Assembly: GCA_965208675.1 (NCBI GenBank)
Contig: OZ242351.1
Span: 2,048,001-2,112,000 of the forward strand
Reading direction: 5' to 3'
From: Candidatus Poribacteria bacterium
GTDB lineage: Bacteria > Poribacteria > WGA-4E > PCPOR2b
DNA length: 64,000 nt
Shown here: positions 1 through 9,664 of the stretch, piece after piece
Layout: each line of letters opens with the position of its first letter
Position numbering within the stretch: position 1 is the stretch's first letter
Position numbers and translations under genes: made by a program
Notes under the pieces: generated by a model
The model's database searches: none
Seen by the model: only the letters and a program-made list of their open reading frames with translations
Told to the model about the DNA's origin: nothing

Positions 1-1084
1 TTAGCGCTGCGGCGTTTTTGATTGCATCATCCAAAGGCATTGGTTCAGGTACAATGTCAATCACCGCATCAATGCCTGCACGGTAAATTCCATCAGCGTC
101 AGTGGAAATGCTGCCGGCAATTGCAATGACGGGGATGTTGCGCTTCTTCGCAAGTGCTGCGACGCCAACCGGAGTCTTGCCAAAAACCGTTTGAAAGTTA
201 ATCTGCCCTTCCCCGGTTATGACGAGATTAGCACCTTCGATAATTTGCTCAAGATTAGTTGCATCCATGACTATCTCAACACCGGATTTTAACTTACCAT
301 TAAGGAAAGCGAGCAATCCTGCGCCTAAGCCGCCGGCTGCCCCGGCGCCGGGGATGTTCCCGACTGATTTTCCGAGGCCGCGCTGCAGAATCTTATCGAA
401 ATGCGCTAGGTTTGTATCTAACAGTTCAATCATTTCATGGGTTGCGCCTTTCTGGTGCCCATAAACACGAGACGCACCCTGTACGCCCGTTAAAGGGTTG
501 TTAACGTCACAAGCGACGATAGTTTCTGTTTCAGCGAGGCGTGGATCCAATCCAGAAATATCTATTGTTGCGAGATTGCCTAAACCGCCGCCTCCCCATT
601 CTACCTGTTTTCCGCTAGCCGCCAGCAGTTTGGCGCCAAGCGCTTGAGCCATACCGGCACCACCATCGTTCGTGGCACTTCCGCCGATTCCGATAATCAG
701 GTTGCGGCATCCCCGATTCAAAGCTGCTTGGATGAGTTGTCCCGTGCCGTACGTCGTTGTAACGAGGGGATTGCGTTTATCAGGCGGTACGAGTGTTAAA
801 CCGGAGGCTGCCGCCATTTCGATGACGGCAGTAATTCCGTCGCCAAGGGCGCCGTAACCTGCGTCAATTTCTACTCCGAGCGGATTGAGCACCTGCTCAG
901 TGATGATTTCACCTCCCGTTGCGTCAACGAGAGATTGTACTGTGCCTTCACCGCCATCCGCCATGGGTATTTTTTCAATCTCGACGTTAGGGAAGACGCG
1001 GCGCAGTCCAATTTCCATTGCGTCCGCGGCGCGCAGCGCAGTCATGCTCCCCTTGAATGAGTCGGGCGCGATGACGATTTTCAT
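1..1084 (-). CDS. glxK: Glycerate kinase (GlxK/GarK family), 3' end runs off the window
   Basis: Minus-strand translation from ATG at 1084 gives MKIVIAPDSFKGS..PMADGGEGT..GIGGSATNDGG..ITGEG..GKTP, all family signatures. Absent from the ORF track because it is truncated. Confidence 0.93.
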   Translation of the reverse strand, partial: MKIVIAPDSFKGSMTALRAADAMEIGLRRVFPNVEIEKIPMADGGEGTVQSLVDATGGEIITEQVLNPLGVEIDAGYGALGDGITAVIEMAAASGLTLVPPDKRNPLVTTTYGTGQLIQAALNRGCRNLIIGIGGSATNDGGAGMAQALGAKLLAASGKQVEWGGGGLGNLATIDISGLDPRLAETETIVACDVNNPLTGVQGASRVYGHQKGATHEMIELLDTNLAHFDKILQRGLGKSVGNIPGAGAAGGLGAGLLAFLNGKLKSGVEIVMDATNLEQIIEGANLVITGEGQINFQTVFGKTPVGVAALAKKRNIPVIAIAGSISTDADGIYRAGIDAVIDIVPEPMPLDDAIKNAAAL

Positions 1085-1175
1085 CGATTTTCTCCAATTG
1101 GCAGTGGGCGGGGAAAGATGCCACCCCCACAACGTGTGGTGCCACACGCGCGGCAAGATGCCGCGCCTACGAGGT

Positions 1176-3035
1176 TCATTTTAGTAAGACCATCCGCCGG
1201 GTTTGTTGGAATCCCTCTGTCTTTAATTGAACGAAATAGACACCGGTAGGTACGGGTACGCCAGCTTGATTGAAACCGTCCCAGTAAGCAGCGCGATTTT
1301 GTGTTCGATAGACTCCTTTCGGTTGATTAGCTAATTCTATCCGCTTGACAACGTTTCCGAGCATGTCATAGATTGTGATTGTGATTGAGGCTGCCTCGCC
1401 GAGTTGGTAGGGTATCCATGTTTCCGGATTGAATGGGTTCGGGTAATTTGGGAACAACGCCGTCTTTTCAGGGGCAACGCGCGTTAAGAGACGCTCTAAA
1501 AACGCAATTCCACGCTGAAAACCTGCCGATCCGCCGTGTGCTGCGTCCGCATCAACTAACCAATCGGCAACTGGAATTGGCTGCCGAATAGCCAGCAGAC
1601 TCGGCGCGGTTAATGCTTCTGCCTGAATACGCTTTGCCACTGCCACCAAATCGAAAGCATCCACCAACCGGTCACCATTCACGTCAGCGGGAATGCCTAA
1701 ACCTGCCGATCCAAGGGCGTTCCCGACGAGTACGAGGTCGGATGTGTCTACGACGCCATCCCGGTTCACATCCGCCGGTGTGCTTTTCGGCGCAGCCACG
1801 ACAAACGGAGGCGTTTCTTCGACTACATTTCTGAACAGATTAGCCGTTTTTACGCAGCGGAAACCGACGTATACATCGGTGTATGTTGGCCGGGCGGCAA
1901 CGCGGAGCGAAGTGCGCATGTGGCGCGTATGACCGTCGAAACTTCCACCGCGCAGCGATCGAGGCTTTTTAATGCGTGCGAAATCGTCATCAACGAAATT
2001 GAAAACTTCGCCAGCTAGCGGGTTATTCATTGGGCTAATGACGTAGAACAGCGCAATGAACTCGTCCATGCACCAATTCCAGACGTTTCCCGCCATGTCA
2101 TACAATCCATGGCCGTTCGGCGGGAAACTGCCCACCGGAGACGCTCCGTTCCACTGGTCTCGACCGCCTACACCCGTAAAATTCGCTTCGTCGTGTGTGA
2201 TGGTGTTCCCGTTTGGGTAGCGTTTGCCGACCATGCCCCCGCGGGCAGCTTTCTCCCACTCCGCTTCGGTTGGAAGCCGTTTTTTCACCCACTGCGCATA
2301 AGCGGCAGCAGCGTACCAACTGACCCACGCAGCAGGATAGTCAGCTTGCCCTATCGGGTAGTTGTTTCCGTCCCAATCCTTCAGGTAGTCTCGGTCATGA
2401 AATTTGGGTGGGATTAAATCTTTGCTCCACTCCGGATTAGCATGGACGAATTTTTTGAATTGCGCATTGGTTACATCGAAAGCATCCATGTAGAAATCGT
2501 CAACGTAGACCGTATGAACAGGACGCTCAGGCAGGGTGTCTTCATTGAACGGATCCCCCATCTCAAAATCGCCCGAGGGAATTAACCTCATCACGGCGCC
2601 ATCAATATCGGAAATAGTTTCTTTGGGTAGGCGGCGGCTATCGCTTACAATTAGACGGATTTTTAGCCTTGGGTTTTTCACCCCTTGAAGGTCAACTCCC
2701 ACGTCCCAGACGATTCGTTTGCGCTCGCCGGGGTGAATTCCTTCGCCAACGTCGCCGCTGAGGGTACGCGGGGTTATCGAATATGAATCGCCGCCATCTT
2801 CCGATGCAGTAAGTTTGATAGAGAGCGGTTCTTCATCAGGGTCACGGAGATCGAACGTGATGTCAACTAGGCGAGTTCCGAAGCGCTGTTGTGCGTGGAC
2901 ATTGCTAATTTCAGGCGGGTGACCATTGTCTTGAGCAATCGCCTTGGACGTTCCCATAAACAGGAGAAGCGTTAAAATGGTTAGAGCGGCAATTCTGCGA
3001 GTACGACCGAGGTGTACCCGATAGGTTAGCGGCAT
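1176..3035 (-). CDS. Secreted FGE/SUMF1-fold protein with dockerin/EF-hand-like repeats and a C-terminal FlgD-Ig/T9SS-CTD-like domain
   Basis: Signal peptide; RLPTEAEWEKAARGG, NGHGLYDMAGNVWNWC, RGGS..GFRC; two ADVNxDxxVDxxDL repeats; tail PNYPNPFNPETWIPYQL..GVYF..RRMVLLK. Start placed at ATG 3035 (ORF track starts at 3077). Confidence 0.85.
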   Translation of the reverse strand: MPLTYRVHLGRTRRIAALTILTLLLFMGTSKAIAQDNGHPPEISNVHAQQRFGTRLVDITFDLRDPDEEPLSIKLTASEDGGDSYSITPRTLSGDVGEGIHPGERKRIVWDVGVDLQGVKNPRLKIRLIVSDSRRLPKETISDIDGAVMRLIPSGDFEMGDPFNEDTLPERPVHTVYVDDFYMDAFDVTNAQFKKFVHANPEWSKDLIPPKFHDRDYLKDWDGNNYPIGQADYPAAWVSWYAAAAYAQWVKKRLPTEAEWEKAARGGMVGKRYPNGNTITHDEANFTGVGGRDQWNGASPVGSFPPNGHGLYDMAGNVWNWCMDEFIALFYVISPMNNPLAGEVFNFVDDDFARIKKPRSLRGGSFDGHTRHMRTSLRVAARPTYTDVYVGFRCVKTANLFRNVVEETPPFVVAAPKSTPADVNRDGVVDTSDLVLVGNALGSAGLGIPADVNGDRLVDAFDLVAVAKRIQAEALTAPSLLAIRQPIPVADWLVDADAAHGGSAGFQRGIAFLERLLTRVAPEKTALFPNYPNPFNPETWIPYQLGEAASITITIYDMLGNVVKRIELANQPKGVYRTQNRAAYWDGFNQAGVPVPTGVYFVQLKTEGFQQTRRMVLLK

Positions 3036-3311
3036 GTGTCGCTCCCGTCTGCTAATTAGGAAACAACATCGAAGCAATTAAAGGCTCTCTAATTGAAGTG
3101 GAATGGCGGCGGAGAGAGTTGCCATACCGATCTGCTAGTGGGTTATTGTAGGTTTCCGGCAAATAATGAAAATCTCCTCTAGATTTAAGCAATGCGCGGG
3201 GCAAGATGCCCGCGTATAGGACGTGGTGCCGCGCCTACGAAGGGTGGTGGCGTAGGCAGCGCACGATGCCCTGCCTGCAGGGCGTCGTAACGCTGATAAT
3301 ATCTCGAAAAT

Positions 3312-3340
3312 ACCTTAGCAAACGAACGTTCAGATGTCAA
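3312..3340 (-). promoter_or_regulatory. Putative sigma70 promoter for the FGE-fold gene
   Basis: Minus strand TTGACA-17 nt-TAAGGT, preceded by AATTTTC like the promoter at 53744-53772. Confidence 0.45.
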
Positions 3341-3377
3341 GAAAATTGCGTGTGAATTTCTCGCGGCAGCTATTGGG

Positions 3378-5303
3378 TTAAATGACCGAATACACGGCTG
3401 ATCGCAGGATGAGGCTGAGGATTGGCCAGAAACACCCCATTAGCGCTTCGCCCAGTACCAAACCCACAAAGAATGGAATTGCGCGGCGATAGGCTCTAAT
3501 GCCGCCGTGCTTAAGTATGAACCATTTGACAATCATGGCGATCATTAAGGGAAGCCATAGGGAGTCTGTTATGCCGGGGGCGATGCCAATAACATAACCT
3601 GCGGGGTGGAGCGGACACCAGACATACCGCGCGCGAAGGACCATTATACCGAGATTCAAAACGAACGTAAAACCGAAGACAATCATTGCCACCCAGTCTG
3701 TGGGTTTGGGATTGATTAACCATGAGTTGAGGAAATTGTAGGTATCCGCGCCCCCTGCGTGAATCTGCTCTGAACCGGCGGCGACCCCTTCCTTGTAAAT
3801 GGTATATGGATAGAGAATGAGACTTGATTCAATCCCAACGATGCAGGCAATAAGCAGGACAATGAGCATTGTTCGATTTCTAATGCCGGTCTGATCGGCT
3901 AGTTTGAAGGATTCGAGCTGATCGGCTAAAGGATGCGTTCGAAATGAGGCATAGCTCGCCCCACTGAGCCAGTTCATCAAGGAAAGCATCGTCAAATTTC
4001 CCGTCCTGAGACGCCGTGTGCCAAGCATTGAGACAAGCAAGTATTGCGGCGTGAGATAACCGATTGCATGCAGCGGCGGCCCCAATTCGGCTCGAATGCG
4101 CGCCAAGCCTATGACGATGGCTAGATATACGCCAATGAAAAGCACATAAGCCCAGATTGACATTCCGCCTTTAGTGCAGAAGATTAGCAACAGTACAAGA
4201 CAGACGCACAACGTGATCACTGCCCATCGATACGGGACGGGTTCATCTGCTTCTTCTACTTGATTTGGCCGGACGATTCGAGCCATGACACGAGCAAAAT
4301 GCTTTCTGCTATTCCAACACACGACGGCAAGTAATGCGAGCAGCGCACCTGCGCCTTGTTCGCCAAAGAAGGGGTAGCCGGGCAAAATTGCGACACCAGC
4401 CATGCCGCCGTACAGAAGTTGCGCCTTTTGGAGGAGATAGAAAAATGCGCAAGAGAAGGAGAGATCTAAGGGGAGGATAAATGCGAGACCGATTAAATAT
4501 GGGGTGAAATGGAGCGGCGTGTTGCCGATGGCGTTCCAAGGTTTTTGCGTAAAGAAAACCGCTAAGTTGTATTTCTTGACCGGAAAACTTGGCAGAACCG
4601 GAAAGAAGTATTCTAACCCGTTTATCAAGTCAATCGTTGCGGCAACCGAGAACCCAATCCACAGCAAGCGGTTTTTGAATATTGCTCCCGAACGCCCAGT
4701 AATTTCAAGGGGAATCTGGATAATCGGATACGCCAATTTTTCATGCGCCACCCATTGCCGCCGGATAATTATCGTCATGCACAGGAAAACTACCATCAAT
4801 AAGAATATGACGATCGACCACGATAAAATGGGCTTTATCCAATGCTGCAGGTAGCCGCCGGTAAAAAAATTGACCTCACCCTCAAAGAAATCTGTTACGG
4901 TTTTTGGATGGGAGATTACCAGCCAGTCAGGTAAATGGTGAAACAACAGGGCTTCCCAGTCGTTTTCAGGGGTTGCGAACCGGGCGGCATACGGCATCAA
5001 ACCCATTAAACGCGGGATAGAATCGTGTCCGGTAAACGCGCTCCCTACCGCCAGCATGGCATAGATAACGAGAAGGTCTTGTTGACTCAGTGCGGCTTTC
5101 GGGAAAGACCGCCGCACAGCCAAATTCAGCCAGGTTATCAGCAGAAGGGCAAACACGACATTGACCGACAACGCAACAATGGTAAGGTGTGCGGTATGCC
5201 AAATCATCTCGACATAGGCGAGCCAGTAACTATTGGCAGTAATTAAAATTGCGCCCACTACCACAGCGCGCTTGCTGATAATTGGAAAGGATTCACGCTT
5301 CAT
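3378..5303 (-). CDS. Polytopic membrane protein, DUF6785/DUF6784-like (OPT-transporter-like)
   Basis: 641 aa with many TM segments; motifs RRQW..HEKLAYPI, PLDLSFS, RIRAELGPP, PLHPAGY, GG.R.YR.AIPFF.GL.LG. Paralog at 53954. Confidence 0.75.
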   Translation of the reverse strand: MKRESFPIISKRAVVVGAILITANSYWLAYVEMIWHTAHLTIVALSVNVVFALLLITWLNLAVRRSFPKAALSQQDLLVIYAMLAVGSAFTGHDSIPRLMGLMPYAARFATPENDWEALLFHHLPDWLVISHPKTVTDFFEGEVNFFTGGYLQHWIKPILSWSIVIFLLMVVFLCMTIIIRRQWVAHEKLAYPIIQIPLEITGRSGAIFKNRLLWIGFSVAATIDLINGLEYFFPVLPSFPVKKYNLAVFFTQKPWNAIGNTPLHFTPYLIGLAFILPLDLSFSCAFFYLLQKAQLLYGGMAGVAILPGYPFFGEQGAGALLALLAVVCWNSRKHFARVMARIVRPNQVEEADEPVPYRWAVITLCVCLVLLLIFCTKGGMSIWAYVLFIGVYLAIVIGLARIRAELGPPLHAIGYLTPQYLLVSMLGTRRLRTGNLTMLSLMNWLSGASYASFRTHPLADQLESFKLADQTGIRNRTMLIVLLIACIVGIESSLILYPYTIYKEGVAAGSEQIHAGGADTYNFLNSWLINPKPTDWVAMIVFGFTFVLNLGIMVLRARYVWCPLHPAGYVIGIAPGITDSLWLPLMIAMIVKWFILKHGGIRAYRRAIPFFVGLVLGEALMGCFWPILSLILRSAVYSVI

Positions 5304-5707
5304 AGGGTTAAATTTATTGACGCTATACTCGAAGTGAAGATGTTGCCGACGCCGGAATGCGCTTTAGCCGCCAAGCAACTGGATTATAAATTCGAAAAAC
5401 AAACGGTGAGGTGCGGCGGGACGGAAAACTTGCTTGAAAAATGGGTGACAAAGCCATTCTTGGACGTTTGAGTTGCTAAAAGTTGAGGAACGTTAATCGC
5501 GCTCTCTACTCAGTCGCTTGATCCCCGACTACAGGACACGGCGGCGCACGCGGGGCAAGATGACCCGCCTAAAAGGCGTCGTGATGTATTAAAGAATATA
5601 CGCTCTCGATTACGAAACAACTTCGCGGATAAAGTTTCGGGTTGGGCAAATGACGGGGCGGGCGAGTGTAGATTTTGCGGCCTTCACCAAGCTAGGTGAT
5701 TTAGTGT

Positions 5708-6628
5708 TCACCGATTGCCAAAGCCCAGTAGTTTAACTTCCATTTGTAGGTTGACACCCTTCTCCTTCTTGACATGGGTTTGGATGCGGCGTGCTAGATT
5801 GAGTACATCCTGTGCGGTTGCGGCACCGGTATTGATGATGAAGTTTCCGTGAATTCTGGATACCTCCGCGCCTCCAATTCGATAACCCTTCAAGCCGCAT
5901 TCGTCGATTAGCTTGCCTGCGGAAGAACCGGGCGGGTTTACGAACATACATCCTGCGTTCTCTTCTACAAACGGCTGGCTTTCGATTTTCTGTTTGTAGA
6001 GTTTTTGCATGCGGGCAGTAATGGTTTCTGAATTGCCGGGAGTGAGGATTAGCGCGGCGCCCGTAGTGCAGAAGTAGGCTTGTAAGCGGCTCTGCCGGTA
6101 GCCAAATCGTGCCTCATCACGGCTGATGTCAATCAATTCGCCGTCATGCGACATCACTTGTATCTGTTCCACGAGGTCCGCGAAGCAACTTCCCCACGCG
6201 CCGGCGTTCATTATCAAAGCTCCGCCGACCGAACCGGGGATGCCAAGCGCGAATTCGGCACCGCTCAAACTGCGGCGTGCGGTAGTTTTGGACAGTTTGG
6301 GCAATGAAACACCCGCACCGGCGCGGAGGCGGCTCCCGTTAAACTCGATTTGGTCGAATTCACCGGTCAGTCGAATGACAATCCCATCATACCCAGCATC
6401 ATTGATTAACAGATTTGAACCGCGGCCGATGAATGCGACCGGAATTTGACAACGCTTACTCAAACCAGCAACGGCGGCAAGTTCTTGGACTGCGGCGACT
6501 TCAACGTAAGCAGATGCCCGCCCGCCAATTCCAAAGTAGGTGTGTTTGCTCATCGGCTCGCCGAAACGCAGCTTCGAAGCATTGGAGGGAGTTTGAAAAA
6601 TTGAGGCGAGTTCCGTTTTCCAATCCAT
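5708..6628 (-). CDS. murB: UDP-N-acetylenolpyruvoylglucosamine reductase
   Basis: HTYFGIGG, GRGSNLL, GIPGSVGGALIMNAGAWG, AGCMFVNP, H.NFIIN.G.ATA.DV. Confidence 0.96.
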   Translation of the reverse strand: MDWKTELASIFQTPSNASKLRFGEPMSKHTYFGIGGRASAYVEVAAVQELAAVAGLSKRCQIPVAFIGRGSNLLINDAGYDGIVIRLTGEFDQIEFNGSRLRAGAGVSLPKLSKTTARRSLSGAEFALGIPGSVGGALIMNAGAWGSCFADLVEQIQVMSHDGELIDISRDEARFGYRQSRLQAYFCTTGAALILTPGNSETITARMQKLYKQKIESQPFVEENAGCMFVNPPGSSAGKLIDECGLKGYRIGGAEVSRIHGNFIINTGAATAQDVLNLARRIQTHVKKEKGVNLQMEVKLLGFGNR

Positions 6629-6960
6629 TTCCGCCTTTATGGAATTGAACTATGCCGTGCACCGTGCATTAAGATGCGGCAACGAATTTTAGTGTCCAGA
6701 GCCTTTTTGAAAAATAGGCGGCAAGCCCATTCTTGGGCGTTTGAGCCGCAATAATCTGTGGAATTTCTATCGCACGGGATTTACTAACGCCATCGAATTT
6801 CGCTCAGTTGATTCTTAGCGGTCGCTCGATCCGGCCAAATGCCATACTTCAGCATTGGGCGAGGCAAGATGCCCCGCCTACGGAGGGTGGTGGCGTAATT
6901 TATGGTATAGACCTATGCCGCTCATAGTGATGGTGGCAGCCAATCGTCCGTTACCATTTA

Positions 6961-7812
6961 TTACGCCTCATCAATATACTTCCGCATCATCTTGAGAGAT
7001 TGAGTAGCAGTTTTAACAGGTGTGACTGAGTCGAAAGGTATTGCGCTCACAAAACCGCCGTATCCAACTTTTTTTAGCGCGCGGAATATACTTTCAAAGT
7101 CGACTTCGCCATCGCCGGGAACGAGGTGCATATGTGCAGTCAACCCCTTGTAGTCTGGAAGTCCCACCATACTGACGTATCCCTTGGAGGCGTCGCTGAC
7201 GATGATTCGCTCTTGCTTGTAAGTGTCGGCGATGTGAACCCATTTCAAGATATCTGCGGCATATTCGATCATGTCGGCGGCATCGTCGCCCAAGATAAAT
7301 GTGTGCGGACCGCAATACATGTATCCGATATTGTCGTGCCCGATCTCCTTGAGAATATCCACCGCTGTATTATTGTCCTCAACGAAGTCGCCGGGATGCG
7401 CTTCGAACGCTGCGTGTACACCCGCTCGTTCCAACACCGGCGCCAATTCTTCTGCGGACACCTTGAACGCCTGAATACACTCATCTCGTTGGCCTGACGT
7501 GCCGCCACTCATCTCGCAGGTAATTACGCCGCAATCCAACATTCGTGCGACGTTAATCTGGCGCTCGACATTTTCTACGGCTTGACGGCGGGTTTCTTCA
7601 TTAAGTGAGGCAATCGGTCCTCCGCCGCCTATAGCGGCAGGCTTTATGCAATTTTGGTGCATTATACGCCCGTGTTCCTCGATTTCATCCTTCGGTGCGT
7701 GCGGGTTAATGCCGGTCTCTACGTACTCATATCCGATTTTGTGAATTTCTTCCATGCGTGCTTCAAACGAATACTTTGAGAATAGAAATCCTTCACCAAG
7801 ACAGGGTTTCAT
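6961..7812 (-). CDS. Sugar-phosphate isomerase/epimerase (TIM barrel, IolH-like)
   Basis: FEAHPGDF, YCGPHTF, HIADT, HMHLVPGDGEVDF. Start at ATG 7812 after GGAAGG RBS, matching the paralog N-terminus. Confidence 0.82.
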   Translation of the reverse strand: MKPCLGEGFLFSKYSFEARMEEIHKIGYEYVETGINPHAPKDEIEEHGRIMHQNCIKPAAIGGGGPIASLNEETRRQAVENVERQINVARMLDCGVITCEMSGGTSGQRDECIQAFKVSAEELAPVLERAGVHAAFEAHPGDFVEDNNTAVDILKEIGHDNIGYMYCGPHTFILGDDAADMIEYAADILKWVHIADTYKQERIIVSDASKGYVSMVGLPDYKGLTAHMHLVPGDGEVDFESIFRALKKVGYGGFVSAIPFDSVTPVKTATQSLKMMRKYIDEA

Positions 7813-7971
7813 ATTGCGACCTTCCTTTTCTTGTGATGTAGATGCCGTCAAGTTGGCGAGTGGGCAATTATGCGCCGAAGAATTTCCTGCAAAAGCTGGC
7901 ATCTGCGGTAGTTGCGGCACGAACCGCGAACGACTTAACTTCGGATGCAACACTAGCGCGACGTTTCCCCT

Positions 7972-8838
7972 TTAGGACTCTGAAATGTACTTTTGAATCA
8001 TTTTTAGGGATTGTGTCACAGCTTCCACCGGAGTTATTGAGTCGAAAGGTATTGCGCTGACAAATCCGCCATATCCAATCTTCTTCAAGGTGCGGAAGAT
8101 GGATGCGAAATCAACTTCACCCTCGCCGGGAACGAGATGCAAATGCCCCCTTGTGTCCTTGAATTCCGGGGTTCCTCCCACAGTTGCGTATCCCATGGGG
8201 GCAAAGCTAATGATGATGCGCTCTTCTCGATAGGAATCAGCGATGTGGACCCAATTCAATACATCAGCGGCATACTCAATCATGGCGGCGGGGTCCTCGC
8301 CTAAAATGAATGTGTGCGGGCCACAATACAGGTATCCGATACTCTTGTGCCCAATTTCCTTGATTATATCCACACCCAGATTATTGTCTTCAACAAAATC
8401 GCCGGGATGGGCTTCAAACGAAGCCTGTACACCTTCACCTTCGAGCACTGGAGCCACCTCGCGCATAGATGCCTTAAACGCGTCTATACAGTCATTGAGC
8501 TGCAGCGAAGTACCGCCGTTCATCTCGCTGGTGATATAGTCACACCCTAGTAGACGTGCAACAACTATTTGGCGATTGAAACCCTTAACCGCCTGGCGAC
8601 GGGTTTCCGAGTCGAGTGAAGCGAGAGGCCCGCCCCCCAAAACAGCCGCTGGTTTGATGCCGTAATGATCCATGACCTTCGCCTTCTCCTTAATCTGATC
8701 GTCAGGTGCATTTGGATCTAGATGGGCGCCTCCGTTGAGAAGTTCTACATGGTCATAACCGATTCTGCTGATGGCATCCATTGCGTCTTCAAAGGTGTAT
8801 TGTCCAAATTGAAATCCTTCACCAAGACAGATTTTCAT
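7972..8838 (-). CDS. Sugar-phosphate isomerase/epimerase (IolH-like), tandem paralog
   Basis: Same motifs as 6961-7812 and clearly homologous over its full length. Confidence 0.82.
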   Translation of the reverse strand: MKICLGEGFQFGQYTFEDAMDAISRIGYDHVELLNGGAHLDPNAPDDQIKEKAKVMDHYGIKPAAVLGGGPLASLDSETRRQAVKGFNRQIVVARLLGCDYITSEMNGGTSLQLNDCIDAFKASMREVAPVLEGEGVQASFEAHPGDFVEDNNLGVDIIKEIGHKSIGYLYCGPHTFILGEDPAAMIEYAADVLNWVHIADSYREERIIISFAPMGYATVGGTPEFKDTRGHLHLVPGEGEVDFASIFRTLKKIGYGGFVSAIPFDSITPVEAVTQSLKMIQKYISES

Positions 8839-9088
8839 TTTTTGATTTCTCCGTTGTGATGAATTGAAGACTTGTACAGATTCGTTAGCGGTTCTGCGAT
8901 TTTCGCAGCATGATTTAAAATAACATTTCGGCAGGACCGTAGAAAAATGTATGTCAAAATATTTTTCAAAATGCCCGACAACGTTAGGATATTAGCGCAC
9001 TTAGTAGGCGTAATGCTCATTATATCAAATATGCATTTGAGCGTCGAGAAAAATATTGCGGCGTTTGTGTGTTGAAATAATGATGGGA

Positions 9089-9200
9089 TGTGATTGAAAA
9101 TCGAGGCTGGGAAGCCTCTCCCACACACCGGTGAGTCAATGCATAATTTTTGAAAATAGAGCTTGATAGGGGCGCAGGAGGTTTTTAAGACTGAAGACTA
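9089..9200. repeat. ~110-bp dispersed repeat containing a GTGGGAG-led REP hairpin
   Basis: Near-identical to ~11496-11605; the core GTGATTGAAAATCGAGGCTGGGAAGCCTCTC(C)CACAC also occurs at ~18420-18457. Confidence 0.8.
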
Positions 9201-9387
9201 TCCCTATTCGTTCAGTTGATCGTTGGGTTTCAAATAGGGGTGGCGATTCGGAGATCAATCCTACGGGGGATGGCGGGGTACTGGCGATGTAATAAATGAA
9301 AATTCTAACAGGCTCTTAGGTTTACGCTGCGAACCATCCCCAATGGTGAGCTAGGAATAAAATGTCCCGGCAGGAAAGAATTTATGC

Positions 9388-9416
9388 TTGACAGAAATGT
9401 CAATTTTTTGTAAACT
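9388..9416 (+). promoter_or_regulatory. sigma70-type promoter
   Basis: TTGACA-17 nt-TAAACT, about 250 bp upstream of the HEAT-repeat gene. Confidence 0.6.
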
Positions 9417-9664
9417 AAGCAAACTGTTCAGATTTGCCGTTTCTGTCATCCTTGTGAGAAGGCTCAGATAGCTAGGTCAGTTTGGCTAATTTTGCGGAAC
9501 ACTCATCATCCTGAACGTTGGCTTTATCAGAATGCAAGATTCATTTTCCCATTAGAACTTAGCGGCGAATCGGCGCTACATCTTGAATTACTTCCATTCT
9601 GTGTCACACTTGACTAAAAGTAGCAGATTATCAAAAAATTCTGAATAGGAGAGAAAAACAGAAC

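Noticed and set aside
7813-7953. N-terminal extension of the isomerase ORF
   Set aside because: Paralog alignment and RBS place the start at 7812.
8835-9128. ORFs sharing 'CGRGFPASIFNH' (also 11469)
   Set aside because: Translation of the dispersed GTGGGAG REP repeat.
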